The position numbers and the translations under genes are program-made. DNA of 64,000 nt from Eukaryota sp. GEM-RC1 (lineage: Eukaryota): the NCBI GenBank assembly GCA_040285855.1, contig JAUFOQ010000010.1, positions 1,116,001-1,180,000 on the forward strand. Reading direction: 5' to 3'. The notes below the pieces were generated by a model, which saw only the letters and a list, made by a program, of their open reading frames with translations, did no database searches and was not told where the DNA came from. Every line of letters starts with the position of its first letter. Positions within the stretch are counted from its first letter, which is position 1. Positions 38,961 to 48,769 of the stretch are shown here, piece after piece.

Positions 38961-39098
38961 AGGTATTTGTATCTCATTTGTTAATATTTATGATACATGT
39001 TGTTTGTATTTGCATTAGTAAATAATAGGCGTTAGAAATATTTTCTACTTAGTCCAAGTTATCATACTAGTACATCTTCCTCAATTACTCTACAAAAT

Positions 39099-39140
39099 CC
39101 GAAGGGAATACAGTATACATCTCTGCATACTCCCCTCCGG
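39099..39140 (-). ncRNA. Candidate Fanzor omegaRNA scaffold hairpin
   Basis: Minus strand CCGGAGGGG-AGTATGCA-GAGA-TGTATACT-GTAT-TCCCTTCGG: two stacked stems with G-U pairs and a GNRA loop, 23 nt after the Fanzor stop. Confidence 0.5.
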
Positions 39141-39163
39141 GGAAAGCTATACTACGTTACTAA

Positions 39164-39650
39164 CTACGAGAGATATTCAGGTCTTCCTCTTCCTTCTCTA
39201 TACCCATCTACTATTCTCAACATATTCAAACACACATGCTGATTACGACTCCAATACTTTCTCTCGCTTGATCCTCTACAATTCTCGCTTCGACACTCAA
39301 GTAGACCATGACAAAGCACTTTTGGGGTTTTTTTCTCTTCTGTAGGGTCTTGGATTCTCGAGCGCCATCCGATCCCTCTTGTTGGTCTGTGATGTTTCAA
39401 ATTCACTTGATCATTTGCCCAACATCACCCATACAGATCAGTAGTTCTTCTCTTCTTCGTCCAAAAGTCGATTCGAGTGACTTCAACAACCAGGACTCTA
39501 CTTTCTGCTTATGGGTGTAGGAATGCATTTTTTGGATGCGCCATAAGGCAGAACATTAAAACCAAGCGGTTGAAGTCACTTGTTTCATTTTGGCCTGGAC
39601 CCAAGCTTCGAGATCAGCAAACGTGGCAGATTTTGGACTTAATCCTGAAT
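39164..39650 (-). pseudogene. Fanzor (eukaryotic TnpB-like) relic, C-terminal half with internal deletion
   Basis: SPKSATFADLEAWVQAK..WF*..WRIQKMHSYTHKQKVE..TFG..ICMGD..HHRPTRGIGWR [gap] LCHGLLECRSENC..YWSRNQHVCLNMLRI..GRGRPEYLS*. Confidence 0.82.
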
Positions 39651-40109
39651 ATTTTTTTCAGCAGTAAAAATAGTTGAATAGTATTGGTCTAAAACTTTGG
39701 TAGCAGAAGTTTAGGTTCAAGAATCAACGGTAGTAAAGTCCATAAGTAATAAATTTTATTGTATGAAATATATGGTTAGCGTAATTAAATGCAATGCAAA
39801 TGCTTTGATACAGTACAGAACGAACAATAACAATGACAATTGTTTACATGGCTTCTTCGTTGTCAATTACCGAGAACTGAATGATTTATTATGGTTATAG
39901 GTGTGGTAATATTGATATTAATTGATGGCCTACAATTCTTGTGTTTTCATATGTGATTACCCCAAATGTTTTGTTCGTTTCCAAGTCCTGATTCGATTTT
40001 TACTCTTTCTGTTGTGAACAAGAAACCTTTTATAATTTGTTTGAGCCAGCAAAATTCATTTGAACCAGCTGGCTTGCAGCTGGAAATAGTTCCATATTGG
40101 GACATCATT

Positions 40110-40492
40110 TAGGAGTTTCTGAACAAGTATTCCTTGTTCTTTCCACATCTTAAGAAACTTGATGTGTGGATTTCCAATCTTTTATGGAATAAATCGAACT
40201 ATTAAAACTTAATAAAACAGTTACTAGTGTTAATCTTACTAACAATGTTATTAGAGATAAACATGTTAGAGTTTTGGCAGACACGTTAAAAGTCAATACA
40301 ACATGTAGAAGTTTTAATTATAAACTTAATTTAAACTGTATTGGAGTTAAAGGTATCAGAGATTAGGCAGATGCGTTGACAACTAATGATCTACGTTGCA
40401 ACTCTATTGGACATGACAATGCTGCAGCTTTGGCTGAGATTTGGCAGCAATAATGATTAAGTTGAAATAAAGGGTGGAGATCATCTTGATTG
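40110..40492 (+). pseudogene. Decayed LRR family relic
   Basis: EFLNKYSLFFPHLKKLDV followed by three broken LRR units with stops and indels. Confidence 0.75.
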
Positions 40493-41289
40493 AAGTGTTT
40501 CAATTTTTTAGGTGGTTCCGTGTTGGAGTTAATTATATATTTTTTGGTTTTCTACAATTGAATTAGTGAAATTTTCTATCTTTACCAGAGAACAGTAACA
40601 CGTAAAAATGGAATCTAACAAGTGTTAAAAAGCGTGTTACCTGTTGGGTATTTATGTGCTTGCGTTACAACAATTTTCCTGGTTTCTGCTTCAACGATAA
40701 ATATAATTCCTTTTACAATCGTTTCACCTTTCCTTTAGAAAACCGTGAGTTTTGTTGCCTTCCAGAACAGCAGACGTTTGTGGGGATCTCGAGTGTTAAA
40801 CAATGATCCATAATCGAAGCTATACCGTGGATTTTTATGAAAGACGGTTATTCCCGACTGCTACATAGACTCAAACACCGGTCAAAATCTCTGCAAAACG
40901 ATTCTGTCCGATGATCCGTCTAGACTTTATCTTGTTGTCAAACGTTACAAGGCATTTTAATGAAGAGTTATTGAAGTTTTTGTAGAATAAAACGGTCGAC
41001 ATCTGTCTTCTAACTCCTAATGTTTCAGAGGTACGGAAATGAAAACGCTGCTAGTGTTTACTGTTTATCTATTTTGACTATACAAATCATGTATAACAAA
41101 GAGCATTGAGTAAATTGGGGTGTTGTTGACAGTTGATGTATTATTAAGATGTTTATTTATTGAGCATAATAGCTTAAGAACAGGACAAGAGCAGTACAAA
41201 TCAAAACAAGAAAGAATATCTCACGTAGTTTGATTATTTTTATGTAAGTATATGGGGTAGCGAGCGAAGCCGATGAGTAACTGAATTCC

Positions 41290-41480
41290 GAAATTTTGTA
41301 CCATAAAGAATTTATGATGTTTTTCCAAATGAAATTCCTTATTTTGATCTAATTCTATTCGCATTGAATTCAAATATAGATTAAGATCTTTAGCAATGTT
41401 GTCATTTGAACCAAGATAGCAACCTAGAAATCTAAAACTTGAAGATAAGTATTTCAAAAGACAAGAGGCTCTAATGAATG
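41290..41480 (-). mobile_element. CRE-like RT C-terminal fragment
   Basis: FRFLGCYLGS..IAKDLNLYL, similar to VRFLGSYFG..IESVLKNYL at 61.0-61.1 kb. Confidence 0.5.
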
Positions 41481-41759
41481 ACCAATTAAAGTTACAGGTA
41501 CATTGGCAATCAAAAACATTCAATGGAAGTCCAATAGTATCGTACATATCAGCAGCCTTTTTAGCATGTGCTGCTTTAACCTCTGATTTTTTTTTCATTC
41601 AAATGAGCAAAATGGTATTTTAAATATTGATGTTGAACAAAAGTTTTATGTTAAAAATTGGGGTCGGGTAAATACACCACGTAAATACACCATCTCAGAT
41701 TCTCTCCTATGATACATTGTGTTTATGATACATGGAGTTATACTCTACACAGTTGTATA

Positions 41760-42330
41760 AGTGCTACACCAAATAAGTGATCTGATGGAGGTATTCAGTA
41801 CACGTTCGTGGACCTCCATTCAGTTTTATTAAAGGGACTATTTAGAATGAAAAACGACCATCATTAGATGCTCTTCTTATGTAAGGGAAAACTTCAGTCA
41901 CTTGTGATCATAGTGTTTTTAGTTTGTTGAACAATAACGCTCCTAGGCAGGAGGTATGACTCAAAATAATTTGCGAACATTTTGTTAAACAAAGAGGAGT
42001 GTGACCAGATCAAGCAAAACAACGGTCCTGGAACTCATTGATAGACTACATCGTTAGAACAAATCTATTATGTTGACGAAGATAGGTACAAACAACATTG
42101 AAGTAAATGTTGTTATAGATCTATGTTGTTATGGACGATGGTGCAAATTGTGCTGTACCAGCGGTAGCAAGCCGAGTCTGCCAATAACCTGCTGAAACAG
42201 CGCCTTTTGGTTTCCCAGCCCATGATAAAGGGTGAGATTTACTGCAATGATCCCACCTTTAGTGCTGATGGTAGTAGTGAGGGAAATTGTTTTATGCTCC
42301 GTCGCAAGATTCTTAATCGCTGGAATTTTA
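41760..42330 (-). mobile_element. Possible pogo/DDE-1 transposase relic
   Basis: Fragments TISLTTTISTKG, MFANYFESYLLP and PRTCTEYLHQ occur in the order expected for DDE-1 motifs; heavily decayed. Confidence 0.3.
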
Positions 42331-42872
42331 CCTAATTGTCCCGAGTTCGCTGCTTTTTCAATTGATCTTTGTAATAGTGGAACTCCTGGATTTGTTGCTC
42401 AAATTCCAAAGGTGTATGGATTACATCAATCTGATGAAGCTTGGATGACCAATATGCGTCTTCGCTTGGCTATTTGCCCTGCAAATTTATTAAACTATTC
42501 AATTTGCTCTTGTGGAGCTAATGGTGTTTTTCGTCATTTAATTAATTTTCGTTATTTTATTCATCTACGTGCAGTGATTCATGATGGTTTACGTGATTCT
42601 TGTTACTCCATGTTTACAGCACATGGTTTTCACTCTAAAGTTGAACCAGTTTTGAATCAATAATCTCAAGAGTTGTCATAGGAGCAATAAAAGAAATACA
42701 GTGTTTTACCCCTTTCGTTATCTTACAATGTTCAGCTTTTTGTTCTTCTACTAAGGAGTTTGTAAATTTGTTTAAACAACTAAGTTAAGCATTTGGTACA
42801 AAAATGATCTTCCGATTCTTCAAGTCAATGTATAGATATGTTGATTCCATTTTGACCAAGTTGTTTCGCGGT
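42330..42872 (+). mobile_element. CRE-like non-LTR fragment, internally deleted, running into the LRR gene
   Basis: NMRLRLAI..CSCGANGVFRHLIN.. is nearly identical to the 13.2-13.4 kb copy; then VFYPF..SSTKEFVNLF..SMYRYVDSILTKLF. Confidence 0.78.
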
Positions 42873-44207
42873 AGCTCTGTTACGTCCTCCTCCTCCACAC
42901 ATTCTCCTCCCAATATCTTACACTTTCAACAGTCTGTCCTCGTTTTGATCCACCTCCATTTCCTCAATCATTTGCTAGACCATTCCTCTCACTGGGATCG
43001 TGATGATCCTTGTCTTGATGTCCTTAACTTAAAGAAAGATCTTCCCAAGTTCTTCAAGAAACTTGGCTATATGAGCGACCACTTCTTTGAATCTTCTCTA
43101 CTAGCAACGAAGGTGTTTTTCCAAACAAACACGTTTCATGTCCTTCCAAAGGACGTTATCCCACTCTGTTCATTTGCTTCTTTCTTTGAAGCAGATCCCA
43201 AGTCCATTTTTTTACACGTGGACAAGACCTTTAATGTTGAGGACTGGATTAGTTATTCTCCCATAATTTCAGGATTCAAATTGGAATTAAAAAGCCATAA
43301 TGACTTGCAGTTTGTCAATAACTTGTTTTTGTTCTTTCCACGTGTTACAGAACTTCACTTGCGTATTCGTCGTTCTATTTCTATGGCATCGATCGAATCC
43401 TTGAAGGCAAATACTACAGTTACAAGTATTAGTCTGAGGAACAATTCGATTAATGAAGAGGGTATTGCACATCTAGCAGATTTGTTAAAAGTTAATACTA
43501 CAATTAAAAGTATTGATCTGGGTATGAACTCTCTTGGAGCTGAAAGTGCTAGAGCTCTAGCAGATTTGTTAAAAGTTAATACTACAATTAAAACTATCAA
43601 TCTGTGGAATAACTCTTTTCAAGTTGAAGGTGCTAAAGTTTTGGCACGATCATTGAAAGTTAATAATACACTTACGAGTTGTAATTTGGGTTGGAACAAT
43701 ATTCGAGCTGAAGGTGCCAGAGAATTTGCAAAGACATTGAAGGTTAATAATACAGTTACAAGATTTAGTTTTTACAACAACTCACTTGGGGTTGAAGGTG
43801 TTAGAGCTCTGACTAAGTCGTTAAAAGTCAATAATTCTATTAAAAGTATTGATTTGGGGGTAAACGCGCTTGGAAATGATGGTGCTAGAGCTCTGGCAGA
43901 AGCTTTGATAGTTAATAATACAATTACAAGTATTGCTCTGGAAACGAATTATATTGGAGCTCAAGGTGCTACTGCTTTAGCAGATGTGTTGAAAGTTAAT
44001 ACTGCCGTTACATATATTAATTTGGAGGGTAACTTAATTAGAGATGAAGGTGCTACTGCTTTTGCAGAGGCGTTAAAAGTTAATAGCACAATCAGATGTA
44101 TTAATCTGAGTTACAACTCTATTAAAGATGAAGGTGGTAGAGCTTTGGCAGAAACATTAAAAATTAATACCACAGTTGAAATTGAAGGAATTAATCATCT
44201 TCTTTAG
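42804..44207 (+). CDS. LRR family protein (retroelement-derived N-terminus, core, 9 LRRs)
   Basis: Intact 467-aa ORF; its first 23 aa match the CRE-like ORF tail at ~7075-7135. Confidence 0.88.
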   Translation: MIFRFFKSMYRYVDSILTKLFRGSSVTSSSSTHSPPNILHFQQSVLVLIHLHFLNHLLDHSSHWDRDDPCLDVLNLKKDLPKFFKKLGYMSDHFFESSLLATKVFFQTNTFHVLPKDVIPLCSFASFFEADPKSIFLHVDKTFNVEDWISYSPIISGFKLELKSHNDLQFVNNLFLFFPRVTELHLRIRRSISMASIESLKANTTVTSISLRNNSINEEGIAHLADLLKVNTTIKSIDLGMNSLGAESARALADLLKVNTTIKTINLWNNSFQVEGAKVLARSLKVNNTLTSCNLGWNNIRAEGAREFAKTLKVNNTVTRFSFYNNSLGVEGVRALTKSLKVNNSIKSIDLGVNALGNDGARALAEALIVNNTITSIALETNYIGAQGATALADVLKVNTAVTYINLEGNLIRDEGATAFAEALKVNSTIRCINLSYNSIKDEGGRALAETLKINTTVEIEGINHLL

Positions 44208-44994
44208 TGATCATAGGTTTTTATCGTGTTCACTTAATAAATTGAATTTACTAGTATACGTGTATCTGTAAAACTTTTAGACTACTGAACTTGCTTAATT
44301 GATGAAAGTGGAAAAACAAGTCTAGGTAACAAATTTTACATTTTTTTATAATATTACTAATACACTGACAACATTTATGACCATTGCACAATAGAAGTAT
44401 AAATTTTACCATAACGGTGAGGAAATTAATACACATGTCTAATGGAAAGATATAGACTCCTATCGAATAGAACTGCTGAGTATTTACTCGATTTATCATG
44501 TTACAATTCAAGTAGGTGTATAAACACTGATTCAGTAATTTAAATGTATACCAAATGAATAAGAACATTACTCCTAGTCTAACAATAAATACAAATCTCA
44601 CAAATCATTTTAATATTCCCTTGTGTCTTCTTGCACTTAAGCTAAACAATTCATGTCTCTTACAGTTTTTTCTTTTTTTCCCGGATAAATTCTCCTTTCC
44701 TTCTACTTATGTACTAGTGAAGGGGATATCCAGAACTACTAGAATGATGGCCGTCTATGTACGGACATAGTTTGAATTGATTCAAAAGCTCGCTTTTCTT
44801 CTCATAAGTTGCTAAGTTAGTGAGCCAATCTTCATTGAGTTGGTACATACCGTAAGTTGTACTTTGTAGAGTAGTTGTGTTTATGCAAAAAAACTAACTT
44901 TTGAGGAAGATGTTGATCCAGGATCTACAAATATCATGATAAGCCTATATAACCTCCAAGTTGATGTAGTTCTTTACTTCAACAGTACTATTAT

Positions 44995-45207
44995 TTCGGC
45001 ACCTTCAGCTTTAATAGAGTTGTTGCTCAGACCAATACTTGTAACAGTGGTATTAACTTTTAATGCATCTACCAAAGCTCTTGCACTTCTTAACTCCGAT
45101 AGAATTGGCCTACAGATCAACAGTTAAATATTTAAAATTAACTATTAAAGTATCTGCCAGAGCTCTTACACCTACATCAAGAATTAAGTTACTCCTCATA
45201 TTAATAC
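44995..45207 (-). pseudogene. Orphan LRR cassette (about 2.5 repeats)
   Basis: The reverse complement resembles 47310-47460, including AGTATTAATATGAGGAGTAACTTAATTC and the odd AAATATTTAA..GGCCAATTCTAT repeat. Confidence 0.75.
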
Positions 45208-45581
45208 TACACTCTTCACAACAATTAGTCTGAATTCATAATTAGTTTGAATCACTTATTAGTCTGAAGCAGACCAATTATTGTTTGATCACTTTCAATA
45301 TTCTTCAGTGAAATGTTATAAAACAGTCCATGTCTTTCATTTTTCTTCTACGCACTGTTTGAGTTGACGTAAACAAACCTTGTCCCACAATATTCACACT
45401 TTCTTGAAGGACAATTCGATCACTAATCAATTTTTATGAGACAATCTTATATCAGACCAGTCCTGTTTCTGGATTGCTTCGGTCTAAAACAACCATTGAC
45501 GGTGCAAACAACGATCGTAATGTTCAATGTAACATTTGTGAAGACATAAAAACAATTAAAGGTCAAGGAATTATTCATATG

Positions 45582-45735
45582 TAGGGTTGGGCAAAACTGC
45601 ACTCGAGTTCTACTCCAAGACTCTAAACTCCAATTCACTCCAAATTTCTACGAGTTGGAGTCGAGTTGGAGTTCTGTGAAAAATCTACGCATAAGTCGAG
45701 TTGGAGTGAAACTTGCTATTTCATTAGCATTCCTA
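45582..45735. repeat. MITE-like element with inverted ACTCCA/TGGAGT subrepeats
   Basis: TAGG..CCTA ends and mirrored short repeats; no clear TSD. Confidence 0.4.
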
Positions 45736-46145
45736 TGTAAGTATTGTACATACCTTGAAAAACACCTTTATCAACGGGAGTTACACTATTTGTAGGTTCC
45801 GACGACCAAAAGGAAATAAACTTATCTATGCTTCCGTTTAAAAGGCCAAAAAGTTAAAACTATCGTCCTGCAAGACCTGTTTAAACTTCTTACCAAATTT
45901 TGAACACAGTTTTTGAAATAACTTCTGAATTTTTTTTAGCAACAAGCGAAATTTTCACAAAATAGAAAGATTCATTGTGATGACATCACCACGGTGGATA
46001 TATAACAGTGTTTGCTATATTGTGAATCGAAACACATTGAGTGACCGTTGTGTTATACCTCGAAGAAGTGCTAAAAGCGTCAAATGAGACGAATTTTATA
46101 AAGACAAAAATTTATCAAGTTTGTGTGACCATTTTTTTTCGTTTA

Positions 46146-48126
46146 ATGGAACATAATACTGGAGAAAGAACTGCTGTTACATCTTCCTTCAGAGGGTGCG
46201 ATTCTGCTCCTCATTCCTTCAGTTCTGAAGCTGGTGGTCAACCACCCGTTTCCACCCCACGTCCATCCCACGAACAATATCAACTTCCCTCTGAAGCCCC
46301 CTTCACTGCCGAAATCGCCAACGTCCCAGACAGTGCATCAAAAGCTGACATCAAGCAGGCTTTCTCCTCTCTTCCAATTAAAGAAGTTCGATCTCCTAGT
46401 AATATTCCAGGTACGTTCTTTGTCGAATTTCTTGATGTTCAAGGACTCAAGCAATGTTTAGATGAGTACTGGATGTTTAAGATCCATGACCGCTCTATCC
46501 GTACCTATGTAGCCTCTGCTCCTCAGTCTTCTGTTAAACCATTGATTGCTGGCACCTTCTCTTCTAAACCTAATGCTGAACCTATACCACTTGATCTTCT
46601 CCCTTTGACATCCTCATTCCAATCTCCTTCAAGATGCTTACACTCTCAGCAGTCCTTGTTAATTCTCATTAATGTTCACTTGTTGAGAAGTCTCTGTAAG
46701 TCTGCTCTTGAATTGAATCGTTATTATCGTAGTTCTCTTCTTAACTTGAAGAATACTCTTGTTACTTTCTTCAAGAAAGTGGGCTATGTTAGCCATCACT
46801 TCTTTGAATCTGCTCTATTTGCAAGCAAGGTGTTTTTCCAAACAAACACGTTTCAAGTCATTCCTGAAGAACTTCCTCAACTCTGTTCATTTGCTTCTTT
46901 CTTCGGTGCAGATATACAATCTGTTTTCTTACACGTAAAAGGGAACTTTAATGTTGAAGAACATCTGCCTTATTCTAATGTTATTTCAGGATTGGAATTA
47001 GGATTGCAATGCCACAATGACTTGGAGTTTTTGAACAAGTCTTCCTTGTTCTTTCCACGTCTTAAACAGCTTCATGTGAATGTTCTTTCTCCGTTTGCTA
47101 TGATATTTGCAGAATTATTGAAGGAAAATGCTACAGTTACAAGCGTTGATTTGAGGAACAACTCTATTGGAGCTGAAGGTGCAAGAGCTTTGGCAGATGC
47201 GTTAAAAGTTAATACTACAGTTACAAGTCTTGATTTGAGGAACAACTCTATTAGAGCTGAAGGTGCAAGAGCTTTGGCAGATGTGTTAAAAGTTAATACT
47301 GTAGTTACAAGTATTAATATGAGGAGTAACTTAATTCGTGATGAAGGTGCTAGAGCTTTGGCAGATGCGTTAAAAGTTAATCCTAAATATTTAATTATTC
47401 AGCTGCAGGCCAATTCTATTGGTGATGTGGGTGCCAGAGCTTTGGCAGATACGTTAAAAAAATCACACCGCTGTTACAATTCTAAATCTAAGTTACAACT
47501 CTATTGGAAATGATGGTGCTAAAGCTTTGGCAGATGTGTTAAAAGTTACTGTTACACTTACGGGCGTCAATTTATGTTATAATTCTATTGGAGATGAAGG
47601 TGTTAGAGCTTTGGCAGATGCATTAAAAGTTAACACTACAGTTACAAGCGTTAATCTGAGTGCAAACTATCTTGAACCTGAAGGTGCTAGAGCTTTGGCA
47701 GATGCATTAAAAGTTAACACTACAATTACAAGTATTAATCTGAGTTCAAACCGTATTAAAGCTGAAGGTGCTAGAGCTTTAGCAGATGCATTGATAGTTA
47801 ACACTACAATTACAAGTGTTAATATGGGTGACAACATTATTGGAGTTAAAGGTGCTAGAGCTTTAGCAGAAGCGTTAACAGTTAACACTACAGTTACAAC
47901 TGTTAATCTGAGTGCAAACTATCTTGAATCTGAAGGTGCTAGAGCTTTGGCTGAAGCGTTAAAAGTTAACACTACAATTACAAGTATTGATCTGAGCAAG
48001 AACTCTATTGGAAATGAAGGTGCTGGTGCTTTGGCAGAGGCGTCAAAAGTTAATGACACTGTTGAAGTTAATGGAGTATATCTACTTGGAGGTTATATAG
48101 ATTTTCTTGATAATTGTAGATACTAG
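46146..48126 (+). CDS. eIF4B-like RRM, core and 11 LRRs; one frameshift in an A-run
   Basis: LPSEAPFTAEIANVP..FFVEFLD..RSIRTYVA; the ORFs join on removing one A near 47456-47462. Confidence 0.85.
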
Positions 48127-48769
48127 ATACTGGATTAACATCTTATGAACTTTGTAATGTTTCTGGTTATTTTTTATTCATCATAATTATCAAAACGACT
48201 GGAAGAACAAGTAACACAAGATTAACTACTGTTCTTAAAGCCAATGACACAATGAAGTTTCTCCAGTTTCACGGCAATTACATTTGTTTTATAGACACTA
48301 GCTTTAGGAAACAGTATAATATTTTATCGTATCAATTTAGTGATTTGTAAAAATAATGCATTGTTTGTTAGAAACAAAGATTTGTGAAGACATAACGTTA
48401 GGATGTCCTTGAGTGGAAATATAGACTTTTCATCATCTTTATGATTTTGTTTATTTAGCTGACTAGAAACCGTGAAATTTATATAACTTTTGCACTGATA
48501 TTTTAATTCAATTTTAGGTAAGTTGTTTGGTGAAGGACAGAAGGATCATAGTTTCGTTACATTAGTTAGTGTCAGCTATTTTGTTTTACAAAAGCAATCA
48601 TATCATTGATTGATCATAGACCGCGTTTTCTATGACCAGTTATAGAAGTCCAGTGTTGAAGTCTGGATTGGTGTCGGAACAAGTATTCTGTTGAGAAACC
48701 ATGACTTCTTGGAAAATAATATTAGTACTGGAACAGTACCCTTATAATAAATTCAATTTACTCCACCCT

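Noticed and set aside
39066..39073. CTAG as a Helitron 3' end for the Fanzor relic; TACTAGTA as a recurring motif
   Set aside because: It lies ~28 nt from the hairpin, and TACTAGTA occurs several times elsewhere in this AT-rich window; not distinguishable from background by eye.
44760..44940. VDPG as a Fanzor RuvC-I motif
   Set aside because: It arises from a palindromic GATCCAGGATC readable on both strands, and the downstream frame gives no convincing support.
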